Assembly: GCF_006345805.1 (NCBI RefSeq)
Contig: NC_042999.1
Location: 113,646,001 to 113,710,000, forward strand
Direction of reading: 5' to 3'
Length of the DNA stretch: 64,000 bases
From: Octopus sinensis
Taxonomy: Eukaryota
Of this stretch, positions 11,623-64,000 are shown piece by piece. The notes beneath the pieces were generated by a model. The model was not told the origin of the DNA and did no database searches. It saw only the letters and a list, made by a program, of their open reading frames with translations. A program made the translations under genes and the position numbers. Each line of letters starts with the position of its first letter. The first letter of the stretch is position 1.

Positions 11623-14600
11623 TACATATACACACACACACAAACACATAAAACACACACATGCTTGGATCTCTGATTTGGTTATGGTCCAAGAATATTA
11701 TGGTTTGAATCAATGTTTATTTGAATAAAATAAAATTTTAAAATATACACTATTCATAATAATAATAATAATAATATTAATAGAAAAGATGTCCCCAGTT
11801 GGAAAAAGTCATAAGCTTGATGTCGTTTATAGAAACTTTGCTCTCCAAACTGATTATTCTTCTCACTTAATGCCATCAAAATTACAGTCACAGCATCAAT
11901 CATGTATGGACTCCTCCAGCTTGCTATGTGTTCAAATCATATAATAGAGGTAGGTGAGGTGGTTTTAGTGTTGCCATCATAAAGGACCTGACTTGAATCA
12001 GGGAAAATAACAGTTCTATTAGTCATTCAGTCACTTTGAGTGTTACATATGTTACATTCGATGTGTGTGTTACAAATACGTTTCCTACATTTATATTTCC
12101 ATCTATTTTACATTTCCTGATCTACTTACAAAAAATATAAACATAGTATAAGCTGTATGCACTGGCCCGGGCAATTTATATCTTCTTTTTTTCTTTGAAA
12201 GACCAGCAGTAATCCACGCATGCAAGATTTCCTTCTCTATACTACTAACACTGACCAAGAGAAAGGTACCCACTTTAGGGCTGATACAGTTTGGTGTCAG
12301 TGTAATTGCAGGTGTTGCCATCAGAATGCAAAGGACAGAAAAGAAGCCACAAAGCATCTTGTCTGATGTTCCAACAGTCCTACTAATTCACACATGGGTT
12401 AAGTACTATTATGAAGTAAACTAAAACACACCCTTAACCTTTAGATAAGAAGGATTTTTTTTTTAATTGTTTCTTGTATTTTAGCTCTCTCACACATGCA
12501 CACTAAACTTCACAAAAGAGATAATTAAGCAGAAAAACAGGTAAAAATATAAGCCTTTATTATAATTCAAAATTTAAATACCATAAAGTACTGAACCTCA
12601 TTAAGTGAATAGCAACAACTTCAACAACACACTGATGTGTCCTTAAACTAAGGCAAATTTTTGACCAATCTAAGATTAAGAGATAACAGCATTATCACTC
12701 ATGTTTACTGTGTTGCCTAACACCATTACCATTCACAGTTACTTCTAATATAACAGTGATATCATCAATGTTTACTTCATGTCTAATTACATTGCCACTG
12801 ACAGTTACTTCCTACATAAAAGCATTACAACCAAATATTCACCTTCCACATTAGCATCATTACTAGCAACAGTTACCAGCCCATTACCTCCCTTCACCCA
12901 CAATTATTTGCAAAGGCGCATATAGTTGTGCATGTTGCTTTTTGACATGACATGCATCCTGTGCTGTTAAAGTATGTATCGTACGAAGACTAGATCAATA
13001 AACTAACTATTGGTGTGAATCAATAGCTAGTTTGTTTGGGTTTTTTTTCCTTTTTTTATGGGTGGTTTAAATGGTAAGCAATGACATACATTAGCATATT
13101 TTGAATAGCTAATGAGGAAGCAAAGACTCAGAATGTATGTAACATAGTATTTACCAATTCTTTGATTCACAGAAACATCTCACATGTTTCAGGATATAGC
13201 TGTGAGAGGAGGGTTAAATAAAATCATCATCACCATCATCTTACATACATATTCTACATTTCACCAATATAGAGAAAAATATTGATGACCGAATCACTCT
13301 CAGTTCAAATCTATTTGAAAAATAAAATGAAAAGAACCTTATATTCCAACTCTTCATATAAACTACAGTTAGTGCAACCAAACCAGTTTTCCTTTTAAAT
13401 TATAACCACAAGAAATTAATACAAAATTCTTTTAGATTCAAATTTTTTTAGGATTTAATTTGCATTTTTCTTAGAAAAATATTTAGTTTAGATTGATATA
13501 TATATAATTTTTGTTTTGTTTAGTGAATTTTATGGCCAGCTTTCATTATTTTTTTCTTTTCTTTTCATTTTTGATTTCATTCAGAAAGCAAATTCTTAGA
13601 CAAAACTAACATAGCAAGTACTTTTATCTAAAATTATGATTAAAAAAAAAACGTTTATGATATAAAACAGATAAAGCCTTGAAGAACTTTCAATAATTTA
13701 GAAGTTTGGCAACAGAAAGAGAAAAAAGTAAAAGATCTAAACTTATTCCTTACACAAACTTTTTTACATTTAATAAGTATGATAATAAGTTAACAGCAAA
13801 TTAGTCAGGCATAAATTAAGTGTAAACAAATAATCATTGATGTAAAAGGATGATTTACAACCCAAATTAAAATCTATATTTAATTTCAATTTATTAGAAT
13901 TGTATTAATCAGTAAACTAATCAACATAGGACTTATCTCATACATGTGGAATAACTAAAATCAGTTGATTGGATTTTCTTAATTAGCTACATCTATGGAT
14001 AAAGGATTAACTCCAGTAACTACAGAAGAGCAATGGAACTCTCATAAATTGATAATGATACTATTACTGTTTTCTGCACTGAACCATACTATCTCATGGT
14101 ACCTCTTTACTAGCCATTGATGGTGGTTAAGTGTTTGGCCATGGACCTATTCTAAAGACAGTAAGTGGATATGAATGATCTAGCATTCATCAAAAGACTC
14201 GCACGCTATCAACACAGCCAGCTGTGACAGTAAAATCCTACCCAAGAACAAACAGTTAGATAGGAAGGAAGCTAAACATTTTTGAAACTGAAGATACGTT
14301 AAAAAAAACCAATTTACTTATATAATAATAATAATTTTTAAAAATCAATGAAGAAAAATGAAGTGAAATTCAATTAAAAAAACAAGTGGAAATAAATATA
14401 TCAATATATACAGATATATAAAGCTGTATATAAAATTGCAAAGTTATTGATAATGCATGTTGTATTTGTTTTTTATCTTCAGCTGTTATCCAACTTTTGA
14501 TAGAGGGACATCTGCAGGAAAATGACTATGTATGGCAGGTAATTATTTAACCAATCACCATAATGGAATATAGGAATAGCAGTATATCACAGAAATCTCT

Positions 14601-17600
14601 TTAAATGATGATTAAATGAGAGAAAGTGTACAGTTTTGTGTAGAAACACTTTCTAAGTGGAAAGTCAGGTTAATTAATGTAACTAATGATGAAGTGAAGA
14701 CAACGATAGCCATAAGAAGTAAACAAGTGATTGTTTGTTTGTTTCTTATCTTTCTAATATCACTTAGAGCAAACCTATTGATACCCACCCCGCCAAAAAA
14801 AAAATAATTATCATGACATATGAAGAGAGAGAGGGGGAGAGAGAGAGAGAGAAAAAAGGCACAAAACTCTTAATGTTTGAGGATATTGAAATTTAAAAAA
14901 ATAAAAAATTGACATCATATGTCTTGTTATGGAAAATGGAGAATTTAATGATAGAATGCTGGAAATAATTAAGTCTGACTTTCAGAAATTTACAAAAATA
15001 TTCCATTGAAATAGATTACAAAAAAAATAAATAAAAATAATAATAATAAATAAAAACTTGGAACTGGATAAACACATACACTCCAACAGCTATTAACCCG
15101 TCATGTCATTGTATTTATAAGCAAGCCTTTCAAAAACCAAGCTTAAAATATACTTGTTGAAAAAAAAATTATTTGTAAGGAAGAATAGAAGAGTAGCAAA
15201 CTTTACATGGCAGAACTAGAAAGGAATTTTTTTTTCTTTTTCCTTTTTTTTCAGTTGTCTCTTGCTAATTAACCCCAAATATACAAACTTGAAAATGCTG
15301 ATTCTTAGATCAGTCACACAATCAATGAAATACTCATGAAAGTGAACAGAAAATTATTTGGAAACCAGCTTTCTTCTCATACACACACCTAAAAACAGGA
15401 ATACTGGCATCAAGCCAGGAAGAAGAGCATCATAGAAAAGAATTATTTTAAAGTGTGTGTGTGTGTGTGTTTGTGTATAATGCTCTATCAAGTAAAGTGT
15501 GTGTTTCTATGTAGTTAATTTTTTCAAAAGAGCAGCTTAATCTTTTATCAGGCTTACAAGCTAGTCATAAAATTTATACCTAACACAATGAAAAAGTACA
15601 ACTGGCTTTCTGATACCTGGGTGAAATTCAGTCACCATGTACCAAATACTGCACTTTAGCTTCTAATGTTTATTTTTATATTGCAGTTGGTGAATATTAG
15701 TGTCATTGGTTACAGGTTACACACAAGCCAATCAGGAATTCATTAAATTTCCAATAGTGAGAGTGACAAGGGAGTGTCTGTAAACGTGATGCCAAACAAA
15801 CATCATAGAAAACATAATTTGAAAAGCACTATTTTTCATTTTTTCTTTATTTCTTGCTAATATTGACATCTTTTACTGGTATACACACACGCACACACAC
15901 TATGTGTGCTTGTGTGCATTTGTAGCAAGGTTTTGTAGGAACCTGTGTGTATACCAACAGAAGTGAGCAGTTGAAGAACATTTAGATGTCTCTATAGGTT
16001 ACTCTAAGGTAAATATATGCACAGTTTCTTAATGCTGGATCATATGAAATTCTTTCTATTCATTTATTCCACATAGACATTCATCATAGATCTCACTAAT
16101 TTCTCTCTAGTTGCAGTGCACTCTCATAGAATAAATTGTCTGTATTAGAGGGTTTAAGGTGTCCCTTGTGAGGTTTGTGTATGTGTGCTTAATTATCATA
16201 AACATACACACATGACAGTCTTCTGCATATTTTCCCTCAAACAAATTCTGTTTATATGATATTAGTCAAACCAAGGCCATGATACACTATGCAGTGGGTT
16301 AGAGCCAAAAATGAACTTAAACCGAGTAGTCACATTTGAACATAGTTAATAAAACATTAAAAACCCACTGTCTGGAAGAAAATTGGCCTTCATTTAGTAT
16401 TCCAACAACAAAAAATGCCTTCAGCAATAGAAAGAATTCATCCAAGCATGTAGTATTATAATGCTAGTATATGAAGAAACTCCATACCACTGTAGTCACT
16501 TGGAAATCTCAGATAATCTCAGATTTCAAAAGTAAAGCCTGGAAACTTTTCTGTTCACTAAATCAATCTAGAAAACCTGAGACTACTAGACTTTCAAATA
16601 ACTTGTACCACTGACCAAGTATTCTGAAACAACTATTTTGGCTGGCAACCTGAGCAATAGGTATTAGCTACTGAAATATTATCATCACCAATATCACAGA
16701 AGTTAATCTAGAACAGAAGGAAACAAATCAAATCAAACCCTATGAAAAAATAATCAAAATTTTACATAAAGTAAGAGAATAAGAATAGTAACTTGAATCT
16801 ATAAATTAAGTAGAGACGATAGTAGATATAGCAAACATTCTTGAATGAAAGTCTCATGTCAAAAGTAAGGAGAAATCTAATTTAGCAAAGTTAAGCTAAT
16901 AATTATTGATAAATGCCCAAAATCTTTTCTGAAAACAAATACCAGTGTTTGATGCCAAATTTGGTAAAAATTAATATTATAACAAATTATAAATCAACTT
17001 GTAAATAAACTGATCAAAGGAAATTCCAAAGCAAATTAAAGAAACAAACAATTTAAAGAATTAACCCTTCCTGTAAGGTGGAAAAAAGGAAAGATAGAGC
17101 ATGCATCAGCCATTTTAGAAAGTCAGAACAAGGAAATGTCTTGAAGATAGAGCAAAAGTTAATGTCTTCTCTAACTGTATATGTTAAAGAATTTTATACA
17201 CATTGCCATAACCTTTTTAAGCCTCAAAATACAAATCTACATATATACATATGGCCCAGCTAATATGTTTACATTTTACACCATAATTTTCAGTGAACAA
17301 AGCTGCATAACAAAATGCTTCCATGGTATCATAGAAAAGATATATTAAAATGAGAATAGGACAGCTTGATATACATCATAAGTATACAGACAATCAGTGG
17401 AAGAACAACGCATTTCAATAAGTTTCTATTTGGGTCAACTAGAAATACACACATATATAAACCTGCATAAAAGAAAATGTTCAGTGCCACCTAAACTATA
17501 AGAGAGAGTCTTTCCCCTTTGTACAATAGCCAGTAATTTCTCGATTTCAAATGAGGCACCTATATAGATTTCATACAAAGGTACAAAAATATCACATTTT

Positions 17601-19104
17601 CAGGGGATTAAGAAATAGGTTCTATGACATGCATGTCTTTCTCCAGGTCATATCAGTGACTAATAAAACTATACATGCATAAATATAAATACATATACAA
17701 GGAGAGACACTTATTCAGAAGTAAATCCAAGGGAATGTATATGAACACAAGCACATGGAAAACAAAATGAAAAAAAATGTAAAAAACTTGTAAATCTAAG
17801 CTTTAAAAGAAATATGACAATTCAAATGGGATGTCTCTAAAGCTCCTTTAAACATGAATGCTACTGACTGTGATAATGCAACATTAATAAATAATAGATT
17901 AAAAGTAGTCAATTCCAGGTAAAAAAACTTTCAATATTAGAGATAATTATAGAGAATAAGGTAAATAAAAAATCTTGAATGTAGACAATCAGAATAGGAA
18001 TATGTCCATGGTAACCTTCCAGTAGCAAGATAGTGTACATTGGAAAAATAGCACAGCTCTAGAAACATCAAATTTCAATAATTAAGATCAAAACAAAATT
18101 CCTGAGCACAATTTCTGGTACAAATCCTCAACTACAAAAACACTGCCGATCAAGACTCATTTGTGTAAGGAGGATGACAAAAATCCTCAACTATACTATA
18201 CAGAAGAATTACATCTGACATAAAACAGAGCATTTATTTTGTTTTGATGTTGGGATCCTCACTACTACTTCACAGTCCAGGAATGAAACATCCATTAGCA
18301 AACTTAATAGAATATAGGCACATGGTTTTGAATCAAGAAGAATGAAAAACATATATTATATTAAAAAGTTTCCTCCCTCTTAATTCCAACTAGCTACAAC
18401 CAGAACCAAAGAAAGAGCTTACAAATAGATATCATTTCTACTCCTTTGTACCCTCAGTCTCCACCAAAATTAAAGACGAAATAAGCCTTCATTTCAATGA
18501 ATTAAATAAAAAACTTTTTAAAAGAAAATCAGAACAAGAAAAAATGTTAGAGGTAGAGAAATACAGAAAAAAAGATAAGTAAAAACGGAAAAGAATATAG
18601 TGAACTTTGCTGCAAGAAAGCTTCTAATAGTTGTAGACTAATTTATACAACTGTAATGAACCATATTTTAGACATACTTTAAATAGATGCAATGGCTTTG
18701 ATATTTGTTATAATCTTAAATAAAAAGACAATATTCAGTCTAAAGCATGATATCCAGCAGACTAGAGTCACAGATATGAAAAAATAAAAAATAAACAACA
18801 GAATATAAATAAAGGCACCACATATTAAATAAAAAATAAACTAATTCTTATATCTATGTGTTATGCATATAGAAAAGAAGCATTGGTCTAACAAACACAA
18901 AAGTCATATCAATTAATCAATATAGGGGTTGATTAACAGATTTTTCTAAATTATACAAGTGTTTGGTTTTAATTTATTTAAAAAATTAAACTCAATCAAA
19001 AATTTATTTTTAAAGAAATGTTCATGTATAAAATGCCAATTATGAAACTTAAGACAAGAAAAGGTATGATTCCCCACTCAACAATGATAATAATAATAAT
19101 AATT

Positions 19105-19570
19105 TCAGGGGAAGGGGCTAGTCAATTACATTGATCCCCAGTACTTAACTGGTACTTTATTTTCTCAACCCTGGAAGGATGAAAGGTAAAGTTGTCCTTG
19201 GCAGGCTCTGATCTCAGAACAAATCTTTGAGAAGAGTGGGGGGAGTCGAGTACATCAACTCCAGTACTTGTTTGGTACTTATTTTATCAATCATGAAAAA
19301 AGGTGAAAGGCAAAGTTGACTTCTGCAGAATTTGAACTCAGAACATATATCCAGAAGAAATGTTACTAAGCATTTTGTCCAGTGTGGTAACAGTTCTGCC
19401 AGCTTGATACCTCAATGACAATATTAATAATGTTGATTTCAAATTTTGGCACAAAACCAGCGATTTTTGTTGGTTTTGTGGTTGGGGAAGTGGTTAGTCA
19501 ATTAGATTAACCCCAGTACTCCAAAAGGACAAAAAGCAAAGCCAACTGAACTCTGAACATAAAGAGACAG
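19105..19570 (-). mobile_element. Cluster of three partial SINE copies (2878-3090 family)
   Basis: Repeated gggggagtcgagtacatcaactccagtact / ggatgaaaggcaaagttgac / gaactcagaac motifs. Confidence 0.75.
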
Positions 19571-21310
19571 AAGTAATGTAATGTAATAATAATAATAATA
19601 CAATTAAAAGAAAAAAGCAAAGCAAGTATGTTGCTTTAATATGTTCCTCTATAAAAAAAAAAAAATGAAATAGTAAATATATCCATAAAGATGAAATCTA
19701 GTCATTATCAAAAAACAAAGTAAACTAATGATTCTATCTTTTCTTTTTCCAAACAAATAGTTTCTTCACCTTTTCAAATATCAACTACCTGAGACCACTT
19801 CTGGTCTTAAGATATTAAATTTCACATTTCTAAAGTGCTCAATATTTAAATAATAATGTTGCATCATAATTTTATAAGAGCCTTTTGATGTGTTCCAAAC
19901 ACCAGCTTAGCAACGCCAATTAATAAAAATGTTAATTCAATTAAATTAATTCCGGTTTTTAATTATTTTCAAAAGTAATTGAAATATAAACAGTACATTT
20001 CATTAATGATTTAAATAAATGGAGACAAGAGATTTAGAATAAAACTTTTTAAAATCAGACTTAAGAGAAAATTACTTCTATTTGTCTTCCAACAGAAACA
20101 GATTAGTGAAATGGTTTTGATATGACACACATTTACAAACTGCTAGCAATCTTGAATGAACAGAAAGAAATAGGATTGCAAGTGTTGTAAACTATGATAC
20201 AATGTCCAGCAGTTGATCGTCTGCCAAGGATCATATACTCAACATTACCTATATATATATTATGTAAATGAGTCATATTAAACAGTATTTAAGATGGCAT
20301 ATGAATATGAGTAAAGAATTTAGAATTCTGTTTACACATACACACACTAAAGATGAAATGATTAGTTTTACGAGCATCATGTCTAAGTGAATATTTAAAT
20401 ATTTATCTTAGTGTAAAAAAGAAAAGAAAAATTAAAAACTCTAAAATAATGGAGGTGACTTGTTTTACAGTTTTGCTAAATTTCCAATAACAGAAAATAC
20501 AACCAAACTACTTTGAGAAATTCAAATAACTCATGGCTATCAAATTTGAGTGCTACCAATGGGATATAGGCAAAAATTAACCAAAAATCCTTACAGTCAC
20601 AACAATGTAAGAACTAATCTACAAGGAAATGGGAAAATAAACTGTAATTAAGAGCCTTATGAAACAAAATAAAGACTTGTCGGAGAGGGAGGGGTCAATG
20701 AATTATATTAAAGACATCTAACACAGATTATGTAATTATCTAATAGAAAAGAAGGCAGTTTATATAGAAGAAAATCTTAAATTCATATTTAACTTTTTTC
20801 TAGTTTAGATTATACTATTTTACAAGTTTCAGTCGCTGGACTGTGGCTATGCTGAGGGATTACCTTGAAGGATATTTTTTTTAGTCATATCATCCTCAAT
20901 ATTTATTTCAGTTTGATTATCAATTTATCAATATATTTATTGAAATAAGTAAATTAACTTCATATATACACTTGCTATTATGAGCCAATGAGGTAGCCTC
21001 AGAAAAGGTCATTCGACCTGAAAGAAACAGCAGGCAAATTAACGTAGTCTTGAAGAGAAGACAGGTGGCCAAAGCTGGAATGTCTTTGATCAAAGGTTTG
21101 CTCAACTGGGGGTCAAACAACAACATTTGCTATCAACTGTTTGAACAAGGAAACATTCACTAGGCTTGATCCTTCAGCACACTCAAACCAAGCCAGAAAC
21201 AGTTGTTGAGACAATTTTGATATTTCAAAAGTAATAGTAGCAACAATAAGAAGAATCAGTTCATTAGCCACAAAGGCAAAATCATAGAGAAAACAAGACT
21301 AATAATTGTC

Positions 21311-21365
<55 letters not shown>

Positions 21366-21396
21366 TCCACGATGCTTGTGCAAACTACAACAGATA

Positions 21397-21430
<34 letters not shown>

Positions 21431-22030
21431 CATATATATATAAATTTTGTAGGGCATTCAAAGTTAGGATCTAATCTGAGATCAAATACTATACCAGGTA
21501 ATACAGTCCATCTGTCTTTCCCATGATATAACTTTGTTATAGGAAGGTTCATTAGTGTCTATTTTCTTGATATCTATATGGCAATTATTTCAGAATAAGT
21601 TCAAGACAAATACAGAGTTAGCCTTTTATCACTAGGCAACAGTCCAGTCATAAATACAAGAAAGACTTATATCTTTCAGGATACTATCTCGCCTCCTTTT
21701 CTAACCCATTAAAAAAGAAAAGACAGGAAAAAAATAAATAAAAAAGAAAGAACAAAAGAGAGAAAGAAGAGTAAAAGATGTAGGAGCAATAAAATAACTA
21801 GGAATAAAGGAGGCCAGATATGAATGAAATACGAGTTTGTTGGTTTGAATATTAAATATATAATTTACTGTTAAAAGCATGTATGTAAACAACCCACATA
21901 TGAAAATTTAACAATCAAGCAGCAGACATCATTCTCACTCACACACATCATGCAGCAGGCCCCTGAAGTAATCTGATCCGCTCTAACAGACAGGTGAGAA
22001 AAAAAGAAAAAAAATCATCAGATTGTAAGT

Positions 22031-22062
<32 letters not shown>

Positions 22063-22499
22063 TAGGTAGCAGAAGAGGTGGGGAGAAAAGGAAACACACA
22101 ATAAAGGGGAAGGAGGGGGGAATCACGGCAGATGGGAAATAAGATAGGGGTGAGGGAGTGACATGGTGGGAGAAGAGGTCTTCTTTTTCTTCCTTTTCTT
22201 CTTAGAATGGCAACTGTATTTCTGTAATTTGTCCTCTGCAAGCAACAAGTCTCAGCAAACACTCACCCAGTCCACACCCAGGTAGAGAAGAAGTACAAGG
22301 TTGCTGTGCTAGTGGCATTCCCTTGCAGTTGTAGCACTTGCTGTTTGGTGACAAAAGGTTGTCGTCCTCGGGTGACGGGTTTCTCGACGTAGATCCTGTG
22401 GCATCACTGAGCTTTGTGTCTTCCTTCCACTTGTGCGCACAAACATACATTCATTCATTCATTCATCCAGTCATATGCCGTTCGTTCAACCATTCATTC

Positions 22500-23060
22500 A
22501 TGCTTGCTACAAGTAACATATTTATATAGATATAGATAGATACACATACATACATACAAATGTATATGTATGCATGCATGCATGTATGTATGTATGTATG
22601 TGTGTGTGTGTGTGTATATATATGGAAATTATATATATATATGTGTTTGTGTATGTGTGTGTGTGTGTGTGGATATATATGTGTGTGTCTATATATATAG
22701 ACACACACACACATACATACATACATATCATATTTGTATGTGTGTGTGTGTTTGTGTGTATAGATATATATATATATATATATACTTATACATAATCATT
22801 TATAACTATATATCTTATATAATTATATATATATTTATCAAATATAATCACATTTATATATATATATATCAATTTAATAAGACATACATATATAATGCAT
22901 GTCATATATATATCATATATAATAGATATATGCACACACACACACACATATACATGCATACTGTTATACATATACATAATCATAGGTGTATATATATATA
23001 TACACACACACACATACGCCCACACATCATATATAATCATATATATATGCATATATAATT
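22500..23060. repeat. Compound (TACA)/(CA)/(TA)/(TATG) microsatellite just 3' of the FBXL20 stop
   Basis: Visible directly. Confidence 0.9.
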
Positions 23061-23126
23061 ACATGTTGATATAAGTAGAGATTTCATCACAGTACATCGT
23101 TGGTCAGTAGCTTTGCTCGCTAACTG

Positions 23127-61586
<38,460 letters not shown>

Positions 61587-61762
61587 CTGGAAGAAATAAA
61601 AAAAAAATAAAAAATTACATTTAAGGATAGAAAATGTAAATATATATGTAAATTTTACTCTTTTTTATTTTTTATACACCCAACCACGTGCTTTCACACA
61701 CCAACTCTCTCACCTATGCTAGCATGGAGAACAGACGTTAAACGATGATGATGATGATGATG

Positions 61763-61793
<31 letters not shown>

Positions 61794-62953
61794 CATATAT
61801 ATATATGTACCTCATGAAACACGTGTTGCCAAGTAGGTATTTAAAATAAAAATAAAAATTCTTTTTACTTGGTGAGATGTAGGGGTCTACTATCTCTAAA
61901 TTAAAATATATTTCTCCATTGAGAATAATTTGTACCTCTGTTATGCCGGAATTTTTATTCCCTAAAAAATAATATTCATATATATATATATATACATACA
62001 GAGAGAGAGAGAGATAGTGACACACATACAAAGTCATTATATTTCTTCTGGATTATCTACTACTACTATTACTACCATTGCTGCAACAGTTTACCTTCCA
62101 TTGTTTTCTATTTTCTATACATAAGGGCTGGATACCATTATTAAGATGGCAGGAAGCTTATAGAGGAAGATGTGAATACCACTTTTGTGAGAAGAACTGA
62201 GAAAATGGAAATTGTACAGTGCATGTGTGCATGTGTAAGGAAATGCATGTACATGTGGATGAGCAAGATAGTGTTTATGTTTATAGTGGTCTAAAAACCA
62301 ATGCTGTTTACGTTGTGTGTAGTAAGCTAGCAGTTATAACAAAGGGAGGTGGTAATAAGTACTGGGGTTGTTAAATATCTAAAAACAAGTCTCTAATTCA
62401 ATGACTGAAAGCAGTAAAAAATTTTGTTTTTAAATATTGTGTGTGTGTGTGTTTTAGTGTCTTTTTGTCTTGGCATTGCATAACAGTCGGAAATGAGTGC
62501 CACTGTCGTACAAGTGGTGTCCTTTGTTTCCAGTCTTCCATTGGAAACATGTCTGGTCAAGGAGAAATAATACATTACTTGGAAACAGTTATGGGTTGGT
62601 AACAGGAAGGACGTTTAGCTGTACAGGGTCTCAGTGGGTACCATTTGGGCATGGGCAAGAAGAAAGAAAGGAAAGAAGGAAAAGAAAAAGAAAGAACGAA
62701 AGGAAAAAGAGAAAGGAAGAAAAAGAAAGAAAAGGAAGAAAGTGAGAGAAGGAGTGAGGAGGAAGAAAAAAAGAGCTAGATCAAATAAGACAAGGTAGAA
62801 TAAAGTGTTCAGCTCATTAATACCTACAGCAGTAGAATTTGTGATCCACAAGCAAGAAATCCATTAGCTTATCTCCTATGACCTTCCAGCTTTGGCAATA
62901 CCAACTGTTTGTATATTTAGGACTATATTGTCCAAAGTTGTCTTCTTCTTTAA

Positions 62954-63175
62954 CCCTTTCATTACCGTATTTATTTTGAGATGCTCTGTGTTTCTTTCAA
63001 TTAATTTAAAATATAACAAAGCATTTAGTAAAATAACTTAGTTATCATTAAGCTAATGTTAGGAATATAAATTATTACTAAGGTTTGGTGGAAGATTTTA
63101 TTTCAAAACTTATGATAACAAGACATTTGTACTACAAAGTCAGAGGAGGTTTCAGCTTGGTTGGTATCGAAAGAG
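62954..63175. mobile_element. piggyBac-like MITE, family B (opposite orientation to 28043 and 36029)
   Basis: ttaa|ccctttcattacc ... ggtatcgaaagag|ttaa. Confidence 0.75.
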
Positions 63176-63480
63176 TTAAGATGGTGATTTTTTGGCGGAT
63201 TTGCTTACTGCTAGTAGGTGAAGTGACCAATGTTCTTTGTTGGCTTCTAAGTACCAATGGGTGATTAATTTCACTGACATCAGTGGGGTGGCAGTTGTGA
63301 TATTCATACCTTTCTCAATGGCATTATAACATCTTAAAGTCATGGCCAGGAATTTAATCATTATCATCAAAGACTTTCAAGAAGAGCTGACTACCTTTGC
63401 TTTGGAATCCAGTGTTTTGTTGTTGTTGTTTTTTTGTTCTCCACCCCGACACCAGGTTTTGAGTGAATTAACAAATTTAA

Positions 63481-63692
63481 CATTTTAGCATTTAAACAGA
63501 CCATATCCAGTCCAAATATTCCACCTATTTTCACACCTATCCTACAATGTAATTCTAAATATTAACAATCTTAGCAAAATTTTTAACAATCTTAGCAAAA
63601 TTTTTAAGTTACATGATAATGCATGATTGAAAAAATAAACAATGTGAATAAATGAGCATCACATTTGACAGAGCAAACTGAATGCTAAAGGG
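63481..63692. mobile_element. piggyBac-like MITE, family A
   Basis: ttaa|cattttagcattt ... aatgctaaaggg|ttaa; aligns to 58121-58328. Confidence 0.72.
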
Positions 63693-64000
63693 TTAAATGG
63701 ACATTTTAGACAGAAGATGATACTGAAGGTTCGGTATTTAGGTGAAAGGTTGGGAGCAAGACAGGGTGGTGGATTTGTGATACTGGAAGGGAAACGGTAT
63801 AAAGATGTAGTGAGAAGAATTAAAGTTAGTATAAGCATTATACTTATTAATAAAGAAAACAAAGTTCCTAAAGGCTTATTAGGGCTAACACTATAGAACA
63901 AGCTTTCTATAGTAGTTTGAATGAGTCAGATTTATACTGTGGCTTCAATTTCCATTCGAAATCCCTTCATTTTCTTATTTCTCTCTCTCTCTCTCTCTTA

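Noticed and set aside
12103-12357. 84-aa minus-strand ORF with a hydrophobic, signal-peptide-like start
   Set aside because: No homology I can recognise; ORFs of this length are expected by chance.
61587-64000. Search for the exon encoding the F-box start (INKKLPKELLLR-like)
   Set aside because: Not found; the gene's 5' end is presumed to lie beyond the window, so no start codon or promoter is called.

Overview
AT-rich, intron-rich animal DNA. The SINE, MITE and RTE repeat families and long (TA)n/(CA)n/(AAT)n arrays resemble those of octopus genomes; this is an inference and the species is not verified. One protein-coding gene is supported: a minus-strand FBXL20/FBXL2 (SCRAPPER-like) F-box/leucine-rich-repeat gene. 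I read 13 coding exons by hand between 61586 and 23127. All have GT-AG introns with matching phases, and they join into one open frame (1207 nt, about 401 aa) ending in a CaaX box, CVIL. I found no exon for the N-terminal part (start of the F-box) in 61587-64000, so the 5' end probably lies outside the window. The rest is introns, a probable long 3' UTR/3' flank, and many decayed transposable elements: SINEs, RTE and HERO-like LINE pieces, a mariner transposase relic, and hAT, Tc1/mariner and piggyBac-like MITEs. Almost all ORF-track entries are microsatellite or chance ORFs. Main leads: (1) the stop codon after the CaaX box sits in a TGA-CAG-TTA (CARYYA) readthrough context, and the extension ends in a second CaaX-like CIYI; (2) an in-phase candidate alternative last exon without a CaaX box; (3) five unrelated long intronic inverted repeats, two next to splice sites, including a gapless 52-bp hairpin whose differences are mostly G-U-compatible on one strand. 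All leads are hypotheses that need RNA data.
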